The position numbers were made by a program, and so were the translations under genes. Source: an uncultured Chloroflexia bacterium (GTDB taxonomy: Bacteria; Chloroflexota; Limnocylindria; Limnocylindrales; CSP1-4). Taken from it: a stretch of 64,000 bases of DNA. Shown one piece after another: positions 32,776-41,134 of this stretch. Under the pieces are notes generated by a model that was not told the DNA's origin, searched no databases, and worked only from the letters and a program-made list of their open reading frames with translations. Numbering within the stretch: position 1 is the stretch's first letter; each line of letters opens with the position of its first letter. The stretch lies in contig CAWEZH010000001.1 in the NCBI GenBank assembly GCA_963813535.1, positions 145,093-209,092 of the forward strand, in the 5' to 3' direction.

Positions 32776-35529
32776 ATGACCGATCAAACGACCGCTGGGC
32801 CAAGCACTGAGATCGCCTGGCATGCGCTCGACCCAGCAGCCGCGCTCGAGCGGCAGGGCGTCACCGCCGATCAGGGATTGACCAGCGCCGAAGTCGAGAC
32901 GCGCCGCGCCAAGTTCGGACCCAACAAGTTCGCCGAGCCGCCCACGGAACCGCGCTGGCAGGCGTTCCTGCGCCAGTACCGCGATCCCATGCAGATCGTG
33001 TTGCTGGCGGCCGGCGTCCTGAGCCTGTTCCTGCCCGGTCAGATCGCGACCGGGGTGGTCCTCATCGGGCTGACGCTGCTCAACGCCGCGATGGGTCTCA
33101 GCCAGGAGGGCAAGGCGTCTGCGAGCGTCGCTGCTCTCCAGAAGATGATGGTGGTCAACGCGAAGGTCCGCCGGGACGCGGCGCTCGCGACCCTGCCGAT
33201 GGAGCAGCTCGTGCCCGGCGACATCGTCAACATCGAGGCGGGCGACCTCGTCCCCGCCGACGGGCGATTGCTCACGGCGGCGACGCTCGAGATCGACGAA
33301 TCGGCCTTGACCGGCGAGAGCGTCCCCGTGCCCAAGCAGGTCGACGCAGTCGCCGCGGACTCAGCGCTTGGCGACCGGATCGACCTCGCCTTCATGAATA
33401 CCCAGGTCACGCGAGGAGCCGGCACGCTGCTCGTGACCAACACCGGCATGGCGACCGAGGTCGGGCATATCAGCGGCATGCTCCAGGTCACCGAGGACGA
33501 GATCACGCCGCTCACCCGCCAGCTCAACCGGCTGACCAATCAGATCCTCGTCATCGCGGGAGTCGCCCTGCTCATCTCGATCGGACTGGGCCTGTGGCGG
33601 AACACCCCGATCGACGAACTGTTCCTGACCGCCATCGCGTTCTCCGTCTCGGCCATCCCGACCGGTCTGCCGGCGGTCGTCACGGCCATCCTGTCGATGG
33701 GCACGACCCAGCTCGCCTCCGCCGGCGCCATCGTCAAGCGACTTCGCTCGGTCGAGACGCTGGGTTCGACGTCCGCCATCAACTCGGACAAGACGGGCAC
33801 GTTGACCCTCAACCAGATGACCGCCGTCCAGATGGCGGTCGTCGGTCATCGCTATGCGATCTCGGGCGAGGGCTACGCGACCGAGGGCACGATCGCCCAT
33901 GTCGGTGGCGAGCCCGACGTGTCGGTCGACCACTTCTACCTGCCGATGGCCCTGTGCGCCGATGCCGAGGTCAAGGACGGCACCCTGGTCGGCGACCCGA
34001 CCGAGGGGGCGCTCGTCGTCCTCGCGGCGAAGGGTGGCGTCGATCCTACGCTCACCCGAGAGCGATACCCGCGGGTCGCGACGCTGCCGTTCGATGCCGC
34101 GTACAAGTTCATGGCCACGTTCCACCGGATGACGGATGCGTCCGGCAAGGACGTCATCCGCTGCTACGTCAAGGGGGCGCCGGACCAGCTCCTCGCCCGC
34201 GCCCGTGCGGCGATGGGCCCGGACGGTCAGACCTACCCTGTCGACCGAGTCCGCGAGCCCTATCTCGCGGAGAACGAACGACTCGGAGCCCTGGGCCTGC
34301 GCGTCTTGGCCACCGCCCAGCGCGACTTCGACCCTGCCACGTTCGACCCGAAGGCCGACCTGCTGCCGCTCGTCTCGGATCTCGACCTGCTCGCGGTGGT
34401 CGGCATCGTCGACCCGCCGCGCGCCGAGGCCCGTGACGCGATCACCAAGGCCAAGTCCGCCGGGATCCAGGTCCGGATGATCACCGGCGACCACGCGATC
34501 ACCGCCGAGGCCATCGCACGCCAGCTGGGCATCGAAGGTCAGGCGATGACGGGAGCCGAATTCGCCGCCATGTCGGACGACGAGGCTGATCGCCGGATCG
34601 ACGATATCGGGGTCATCGCCCGGGTCGCACCCGAAGACAAGGTCCACCTGGTCGAGATCCTGCGTCGAAAGGGCCACATCGTGGCCATGACCGGCGACGG
34701 CGTGAATGACGCGCCCGCTCTCAAGAAGGCCGACATCGGCGTGGCCATGGGCATCACCGGCACCGAGGTCTCCAAGGAGGCCGCCGTGATGATCCTGACG
34801 GATGACAACTTCGCCACGATCGTGCATGCGGTCGAACAGGGTCGCGCGTTGTACGACAACCTCATGCGCTACATCCGATTCCAGATGGCCAGCCTGTTCG
34901 CCTTCATCGGGACGTTCCTCGGAGCGAGCATCTTCAACATCCTCGGCGGGGTGCCGTTCCTGCCACTCCAGACCCTCTGGATCAACTTCACGGTAACGGT
35001 CTTCCAGGCCGTCGGTCTCGGCTACAGCAAGCCCAGGGCCGGCCTCATGGCAGACCAGCCCCGACCGAAGGACCAGCCGATCCTCCCGCGCCCACTCGCC
35101 CTGTGGCTGCTGTTCGTCGGTCTCGTGTTCGCCGCCGCCACGCTCGCGCTCATCGTCTGGGCTACCGACGCGTACGACGAGTCCGTCGCCCACACGATGG
35201 CCCTCGTGACGTTCTCGCTGTTCCACCTGTTCTTCTCGCTCGAGACAGCGGACGAGAACCGCACGATCTTCAGCAGCGAGCTCCTGGAGAACACAGCGCT
35301 TCTGAAGGCCTCTGCGGCATCGCTGCTCTCGGTCTTCCTCGCGACCACCTTCGGCCCGTTGCAGCGGCTGCTCGATACCGTCGAGATCACCGTCGAGCAA
35401 TGGGCCATCTGCATCCTGGTCGCGGCGTCGATCATCGTGGTGGCCGAGATCCGCAAGTTCCTGCGGCGCCAGCGCGTCGTCGATGCGGGCCCGGTCACGC
35501 AACCCGAACTCGCCAGCCAGCCGTCGTGA
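32776..35529 (+). CDS. P-type ATPase (P2-like scaffold, non-canonical ion site)
   Basis: TGES, DKTGT, KGAP, DPPR, MITGD and TGDGVNDAPAL motifs; TM4 reads IPTGL instead of IPEGL. Confidence 0.93.
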   Translation: MTDQTTAGPSTEIAWHALDPAAALERQGVTADQGLTSAEVETRRAKFGPNKFAEPPTEPRWQAFLRQYRDPMQIVLLAAGVLSLFLPGQIATGVVLIGLTLLNAAMGLSQEGKASASVAALQKMMVVNAKVRRDAALATLPMEQLVPGDIVNIEAGDLVPADGRLLTAATLEIDESALTGESVPVPKQVDAVAADSALGDRIDLAFMNTQVTRGAGTLLVTNTGMATEVGHISGMLQVTEDEITPLTRQLNRLTNQILVIAGVALLISIGLGLWRNTPIDELFLTAIAFSVSAIPTGLPAVVTAILSMGTTQLASAGAIVKRLRSVETLGSTSAINSDKTGTLTLNQMTAVQMAVVGHRYAISGEGYATEGTIAHVGGEPDVSVDHFYLPMALCADAEVKDGTLVGDPTEGALVVLAAKGGVDPTLTRERYPRVATLPFDAAYKFMATFHRMTDASGKDVIRCYVKGAPDQLLARARAAMGPDGQTYPVDRVREPYLAENERLGALGLRVLATAQRDFDPATFDPKADLLPLVSDLDLLAVVGIVDPPRAEARDAITKAKSAGIQVRMITGDHAITAEAIARQLGIEGQAMTGAEFAAMSDDEADRRIDDIGVIARVAPEDKVHLVEILRRKGHIVAMTGDGVNDAPALKKADIGVAMGITGTEVSKEAAVMILTDDNFATIVHAVEQGRALYDNLMRYIRFQMASLFAFIGTFLGASIFNILGGVPFLPLQTLWINFTVTVFQAVGLGYSKPRAGLMADQPRPKDQPILPRPLALWLLFVGLVFAAATLALIVWATDAYDESVAHTMALVTFSLFHLFFSLETADENRTIFSSELLENTALLKASAASLLSVFLATTFGPLQRLLDTVEITVEQWAICILVAASIIVVAEIRKFLRRQRVVDAGPVTQPELASQPS

Positions 35530-35572
35530 TGCGCTGACGCATGCGTGACGACCGCGAGCAGCTGACGGCCGC

Positions 35573-37081
35573 GTGAGCGCGATCATCCCGCGCTGGGAAT
35601 GGCGCACCTTCGGCCAGCGGTTCGGCCCTGCCGAAGCCGCCTTCGCGGCCATGACGTCGACGGGCGTCCAGGAGAGCGACGAGCAGTACCTAATCTCGGA
35701 GGACGGCGACACCGTCAAGGTCCGCGGCGGTCTCATGGACGTCAAGCGCCTTCGCGAGGTCGACGCGCATGGCCTCCAGCGATGGGAACCCGTGCTCAAA
35801 GCGGAGTTCCCGATCTCGATGAGCGATGTCGCGACCGTGTTCGAGGCGCTCAACGTCACGCCACCTGCGCTCGAACGGGACAGCTACACGCTCGACCAGT
35901 TCCTCGAGGAGGTCATCGGCACTGCCGGTCCGGTGCGTCCGGTGAACGTGCACAAGCGCCGTGTCCGGTACGCCGTCAACGGATGCACCTCTGAAGTGAC
36001 GGACGTGGTGATCGACGGGCGAGACGTCCGGACGATCGCCATCGAGTCCCCGGACGCCGCGGCGGTGGTGGAGGCGGTCCGCCAAGTCGGTCTCGAGGGC
36101 TTCGTCAACACGAGCTATCCGAAGGGGCTGGCCGCTGTCCTCGACGGGCGACCGCCCCGCTACGCCGTTATCGACGTCGGGACCAACTCGGTCAAGTTCC
36201 ACGTCGCGGAGCGCGACGGGTCGAAGGCCTGGCACCGAGTCGTCGACCGGGCTGTCGTGACGCGTCTCGGCGAGGGTCTGGTCGACGGTGGCGACATCGG
36301 CGACGAGCCGCGGGATCGCACCGCTACAGCCATCGCCGGGATGGTCGACGAGGCGATGGATCTCGACGTCGTCGCCATCGCGGCAGTGGGCACCGCCGGA
36401 CTCCGCGCCGCCGGAAACAGCTTGAAGGTCATCGATGCCTTTCGTACGCGTGCCGGCGTCACCGTGACGACGATCACAGGCGAGGAGGAGGGCCGCCTGG
36501 CGTACTTGGCGGCGATCCAGCGGAACGGGCACCCGGAGGGTTCGGTGGCGGTCCTCGATACCGGCGGCGGCAGCTCGCAGTTCACGTTCGGATCCGATAC
36601 GCGCGTCGACGAGCGGTTCAGCCTGCCGGTCGGCGCGGTGCGCTACACGGAGAGGTTCGGGCTCGCCGGCGCCGTCAAGGCCGACGTCCTCTCAGAGGCG
36701 CGTGCCGCGATCGATGCCGACCTCGCCCGCATCGATGGCCGGCCGGCGCCGGACCGTCTCATCGCGATGGGTGGCGTCGTGACGAATCTCGCCGCGATCA
36801 AGCTCGGGCTCGCGACGTACGACCCGGACATCGTCAACAAGAGCGTCCTCGACCGCGCGGGCATCGATGAGCAGATCGAGCTCTTCCGTGGCCAGGATGC
36901 CGACTCGAGACGGACGATCGTCGGCATGCAGCCAGCTCGTGCCGACGTGATCTTGGCCGGGGCCTGCATCGTCCGGGCGGTCATGGACAAGCTGGGACAG
37001 GACGCGTTGACGGTGTGCGACCGGGGCCTGCGCCACGGCCTGCTCGACGAACGGTTCGGAGCCGCCTCGGGCGTCGAATAG
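35573..37081 (+). CDS. CYTH-like domain fused to Ppx/GppA phosphatase
   Basis: N-term WEWR...KRR...E-rich TTM-like strands; C-term IDVGTNSVK, DTGGGSSQ, RADVI and GLRHG. Confidence 0.82.
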   Translation: MSAIIPRWEWRTFGQRFGPAEAAFAAMTSTGVQESDEQYLISEDGDTVKVRGGLMDVKRLREVDAHGLQRWEPVLKAEFPISMSDVATVFEALNVTPPALERDSYTLDQFLEEVIGTAGPVRPVNVHKRRVRYAVNGCTSEVTDVVIDGRDVRTIAIESPDAAAVVEAVRQVGLEGFVNTSYPKGLAAVLDGRPPRYAVIDVGTNSVKFHVAERDGSKAWHRVVDRAVVTRLGEGLVDGGDIGDEPRDRTATAIAGMVDEAMDLDVVAIAAVGTAGLRAAGNSLKVIDAFRTRAGVTVTTITGEEEGRLAYLAAIQRNGHPEGSVAVLDTGGGSSQFTFGSDTRVDERFSLPVGAVRYTERFGLAGAVKADVLSEARAAIDADLARIDGRPAPDRLIAMGGVVTNLAAIKLGLATYDPDIVNKSVLDRAGIDEQIELFRGQDADSRRTIVGMQPARADVILAGACIVRAVMDKLGQDALTVCDRGLRHGLLDERFGAASGVE

Positions 37082-37122
37082 GCGCGGCTTCGCCGCGCAG
37101 GTCCCTCGCCGGCCCCGTCACG

Positions 37123-38721
37123 TCAGTCGAACGCCAGGCCCTCGAGCGACGCCTTCGGCTTGATGTCACCGACGCGGACCATCCGGAGCGACACCAGCAG
37201 CCCGAGCAGCGCCGACACCAGCGGCACCAGCAAGGCGATCTGGAGGGACAGGGGTCGCGCCTCGGTGTTGATCCGGATGATCTCCGCCTCGATCTCCGGT
37301 GGTTGCGACACGATCAGCTCGTCGAGCTGCGTGTTGCTCATGACCTGTGCGCTCTCGTCGAGGACCGCCGCGACCTGCGCTTTCTCGTCGGGCGGTAAGA
37401 CCGTGCTCGCGTTGGCCATGCTGGTAAACACGAAGGCCAGGCTCCCGAGCATCAGCCCGCCCGCCAGGGCCAGGCCGAACGACAGGCCGAACGACCCGCC
37501 TGCCGAGTTCACCCCGGCTGCCTCGCTGATGCGCTCCTCGGAGATCGGCGCCAGCGTGTAGTTGTTGAGCTGTGAGACCAGTAGGCCGAACCCACATCCG
37601 GCGACGACGAGCGGGATCGCGAGCCACAGGCCGGAGTCTGCCCGCGGGACGACCGGGATCAGCGCGAGCATGGCGATGCTGACCAGGATGAATCCGCCGC
37701 GGATGATCGAGCTGGGCGGCCGGTCGCCTGCCCGCTTCCCGGCGAGGATGGCGACGACGAACATGCTCAGGGACAGCGGCGCGAGCGAAAGGCCGGCCTG
37801 GAGCGCGTTGTACTCGAGGACCATCTGAAGGAAGATCGGCAACGCGATCATCGACCCGCCGAGGGCGATCTGCTGGAGCGTTTGTCCGGAGATGCCCAGC
37901 CGGAAGTTCGGCGAACTGAACAGGTCCGGGTCGATCAGCGTGACCTTCCCTTCACGCTTGCGTCGTCGTAGCCAATAGGCGAGCAGCGCGAGCGACACGG
38001 CACCGACCGCGAGCAGGATCGCGACGCTCTCGGCGCCCTCCTGCCAGGCGAGGATGCCCAGCACGATGCCGCCCATGCCGAAGACCGACAGGACCGCTCC
38101 GCCGTAGTCGACACCGCGGGATCCGGTGTACGGCACGTCCTTGATCTTCCCCATGCCGAGCAGGACGACGCCGATGACCACCAGCTCGAGGAGGAAACCG
38201 ACGCGCCATGAGAGGAAGGTCGTGATGAATCCGCCGAGGAGCGGGCCGACGGCGGCAGCGATCGCAGCGGCCGCACCGACCAGCGCGTAGACCCGCTTCT
38301 GGGCAGCGCCCTCGAAGTTGCCGTGGATCAGCGACTGCATCGAGGGCAGCAGCAGCGAGGCACCGAGGCCGCCGAAGATCGCCCAGAAGATGATGACCGC
38401 ACGGAGCTCCTGGGCGAGGACCATCGCAAGTGCGCCGATGGCATAGCCGAGCAGGCCCAGGGTGAATGCCAGTTTGCGCCCGATCAGATCGCCGACCTTG
38501 CTGCTGATCAGGATGAACGCCGCGGAGACGAGTGCTTCGAGGGCGATCGCGGATTGGACGCCACTCACCGTCGTGCCGAGGTCCTGGACCACCGCGGAGA
38601 TCGACACGTTCATGAGCGACGTGTCGACGACCAGCACGAACATGGCCGCGGCGAGTCGAAGGGCGAGCCGCATGTCGAGGGTCCCCTCCTCGGGGACGCT
38701 GGCGGTCGCTTCTGCAGTCAC
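37123..38721 (-). CDS. MFS transporter (14-TMS DHA2-like)
   Basis: DTSLMNV, KVGDLIGRK and GPLLGG motifs; GAGGGAG SD before GTG 38721. Confidence 0.9.
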   Translation of the reverse strand: MTAEATASVPEEGTLDMRLALRLAAAMFVLVVDTSLMNVSISAVVQDLGTTVSGVQSAIALEALVSAAFILISSKVGDLIGRKLAFTLGLLGYAIGALAMVLAQELRAVIIFWAIFGGLGASLLLPSMQSLIHGNFEGAAQKRVYALVGAAAAIAAAVGPLLGGFITTFLSWRVGFLLELVVIGVVLLGMGKIKDVPYTGSRGVDYGGAVLSVFGMGGIVLGILAWQEGAESVAILLAVGAVSLALLAYWLRRRKREGKVTLIDPDLFSSPNFRLGISGQTLQQIALGGSMIALPIFLQMVLEYNALQAGLSLAPLSLSMFVVAILAGKRAGDRPPSSIIRGGFILVSIAMLALIPVVPRADSGLWLAIPLVVAGCGFGLLVSQLNNYTLAPISEERISEAAGVNSAGGSFGLSFGLALAGGLMLGSLAFVFTSMANASTVLPPDEKAQVAAVLDESAQVMSNTQLDELIVSQPPEIEAEIIRINTEARPLSLQIALLVPLVSALLGLLVSLRMVRVGDIKPKASLEGLAFD

Positions 38722-38876
38722 CGGGTCGGACTCCCTCGCAACGCTTGGAAAGGCAGAGCCTTCGGACGGTAGTTCTCGGGCAGCATAGGCCGTGGCGTCC
38801 ACGAGCCCGATAGTGTGTGCCGGTGCTCCGAGGGCAAGCCGGCGTCAGCCCCGGATTGGGCGGGCTGTCGCGCGCC

Positions 38877-40139
38877 CTAGGCGTGGTTCGCGGTCTCGCG
38901 CAGCAGTCGGGCGAAGAGGGCGCTGGCGATCGACATCATCGTGACGGCAAGGGCGATCCCGCCCAGAGAGCCGAGGTCAACGCCGGCAGCGTCGGCCGGC
39001 GACGCTGCCTCCGCGGCGCCATCCGCCGACGACGGCGCACGGTCCGTACCAGCGGCGGGTCGTCCGGTCGCGGTCCCGGCTCCGGAAGCGGCACCAGCAC
39101 CGGCAGCCGATGGCCCGGCCGCCACCACCTCGATCGTGCCGGTCATGTCGGGGTGCACCTGGCACAGATACGCGAACGTGCCCGGTGCGGCGAACGTGTA
39201 CTCGAAGGTCCCGCCCGTCTCGAGCGTGCCGCTGTCGAACGAGCCGTCCTTTGCAGTCGCGGTGTGAGGAGCGACGCCGGTGTTGGTCCACGTCACGGTC
39301 GTGCCGGTCGTGACCTGGACGTCGGCCGGCTCGAAGGCGAGGTCGATGATGTCAACGGCTGTGCTGCCGCTCGCCGGGACGGGAGTCGGCGCGGGGGTCG
39401 GCGGTGCGGGGTCGGGCGCCACGTTCGGATCGGGCTGACGTGCCTGACCAACCACCTCGATCGTGCCGCGCATCTCGGGGTGGAACATGCACAGGAAGGG
39501 GAAGCTGCCGGCATCCGCGAACGTCTTCTTGTAGGTAGCGCCCGTGCCGAGGACGCCACTATCGATGCCGCCGGTGCCGGCTGACGTCGCGGTGTGCTCG
39601 TCGCCGTCGAGGTTCTCGAACGTGACGGTGCCACCGACCGCGATCGTGGTCGTGCCGGGGTCGAAGGCTTCGTCGGCGATCGTCACGGTCGCGGTTGCCT
39701 TTGCGGCTCCGCCCGCGGTCGCGCTTCCGTTGGCGCCGCCGGACCCGCCGCTCGAACCGCCGGTGACGCGGATCCGGCCGAAGTAGCGAGCGTCGTCGTC
39801 CTCGCGCTCATCGATGTAGGTGAACGTCCCCACGGTCGACATCCGGACCTGGAAGGACTCACCCTCCTCGAGGTTGCCCGTGTCGAACCCGTCACCGCTT
39901 CGCGACCGCATCCGGTGGCGCTCGTCGTCGCGGTTGACGAAGCGAACGATCCCGCCCTTCGGCACGCTGACATCCCGATCACTCAGACCGTTGCGAAGCG
40001 TGATCGTGACGTCGGGCCTACCCGGCGCGGAATCGTCCGCCCGGACAGGGGCGACCGCCACGACCAGCATCTGGACGGCGACGGCGGACAGGGCAACGAG
40101 GGGCGCGAACGATCGACTTGGCATACCTCTTCGAGTCAT
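38877..40139 (-). CDS. Secreted, C-terminally anchored triple cupredoxin-domain protein
   Basis: Signal peptide; HTAT...CMFHPEM and HTAT...CQVHPDM type-1 Cu motifs; first domain degenerate; C-terminal TM. Confidence 0.85.
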   Translation of the reverse strand: MTRRGMPSRSFAPLVALSAVAVQMLVVAVAPVRADDSAPGRPDVTITLRNGLSDRDVSVPKGGIVRFVNRDDERHRMRSRSGDGFDTGNLEEGESFQVRMSTVGTFTYIDEREDDDARYFGRIRVTGGSSGGSGGANGSATAGGAAKATATVTIADEAFDPGTTTIAVGGTVTFENLDGDEHTATSAGTGGIDSGVLGTGATYKKTFADAGSFPFLCMFHPEMRGTIEVVGQARQPDPNVAPDPAPPTPAPTPVPASGSTAVDIIDLAFEPADVQVTTGTTVTWTNTGVAPHTATAKDGSFDSGTLETGGTFEYTFAAPGTFAYLCQVHPDMTGTIEVVAAGPSAAGAGAASGAGTATGRPAAGTDRAPSSADGAAEAASPADAAGVDLGSLGGIALAVTMMSIASALFARLLRETANHA

Positions 40140-40207
40140 GCCGCTCCGAAAAGGTTTCAGGCTCGAGATAACGCTCCGGTGAGTGGGCGGAGGCAGACTC
40201 GACCGTT

Positions 40208-40870
40208 ATGAGTACGCGCGAGCGTCCGATCGACCGCGGTCGGCGGATCGCATCGGCTGACCGGCACAGGATCGGGCAAGAGCTTCGGGTTTCGCGACTT
40301 GTCGCCGGGCGGTCGATGGCTTCGGTCGCCGTCTCGAGCGGTATGTCATCGTCGCAGGTGGGGCGGATCGAGCGAGGCACCCTCCCCGGCGTGAGCGTCG
40401 ACCAGCTGGCGAGAGTCGGGGCCGCCGTCGGACTCGATGTCCGTGTTCGGTCCTATCCGGGTCCGGATCCGCTCCTTGATGCAGGGCAGATCGCGGTTCT
40501 CGGTCGCCTTCGTTTGCGACTTCACCCAGATCTGGGCTTTCGAGCCGAGGTCCCACTCCCGATCACGGGTGATCAACGAGCTTGGGACGCGATGATCTAT
40601 GCCCTCCGTGGCATCGCACCGCTGCTTCCTGTCGAAGCCGAGTCGCGTCTGATCGATAGCCAGGCCCAGATTCGCCGGATCATGCTCAAGCTCCGCGATA
40701 GTGGCCTGGAGCACGTGCTGGTCGTTATCGCCGATACGCGGCGGAACCGGGACGCGGTCGCCGCGGCCGCCTCGACGATCCTGGCCGACTTCCCTGTTCC
40801 GCAGCGCCGCGCGATGGCAGCGCTCGCCGCTGGCGAGCATCCTGGCGGCTCGGCGCTGATCGTTCTCTAG
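40208..40870 (+). CDS. XRE-type HTH fused to a PD-(D/E)xK/DUF559-like nuclease-fold domain
   Basis: LRVSRLVAGRSMASVA...VGRIERG HTH, then RAEVPL...AWD...VEAES restriction-endonuclease-like motif. Confidence 0.7.
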   Translation: MSTRERPIDRGRRIASADRHRIGQELRVSRLVAGRSMASVAVSSGMSSSQVGRIERGTLPGVSVDQLARVGAAVGLDVRVRSYPGPDPLLDAGQIAVLGRLRLRLHPDLGFRAEVPLPITGDQRAWDAMIYALRGIAPLLPVEAESRLIDSQAQIRRIMLKLRDSGLEHVLVVIADTRRNRDAVAAAASTILADFPVPQRRAMAALAAGEHPGGSALIVL

Positions 40871-40882
40871 GTGCCTGGATCG

Positions 40883-41116
40883 TCGGTCATCGGGTGACCG
40901 AATGGGAGGACGAGCCGAGACCAGGGGCTTGCTCAGAGGACTCGCGGGCCGTCTCCGTCACGGGGTGACTGAACGGGCGGACGAGCAGTCGTTTTCGGGC
41001 AGATTCGGGACCGGCCGGGCCAATTCGTTCGTCGGTTCGGTCACGGGGTGACCGTCTTGGCACGTCGAGCCCAAGATCGGGCCGTTCATCCGTCGGTTCG
41101 GTCACGGGGTGACCGA
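40883..41116. repeat. Four ~34-bp palindromic repeat units (two forward, two inverted), REP/BIME-like
   Basis: Core GTCAC-GGG-GTGAC at 40957, 41040 and 41101, variant at 40886. Exact 25-mer CGTCGGTTCGGTCACGGGGTGACCG at 41030 and 41091. Units 1 and 2 are 27/34 identical. Confidence 0.9.
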
Positions 41117-41134
41117 GGTGGCAGTGGCGGGGAG

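Noticed and set aside
40883-41116. CRISPR array interpretation of the repeats (25-bp repeat plus 36-bp spacer)
   Set aside because: Only two exact copies, irregular spacing, mixed orientation of the flanks, and no cas genes or AT-rich leader.
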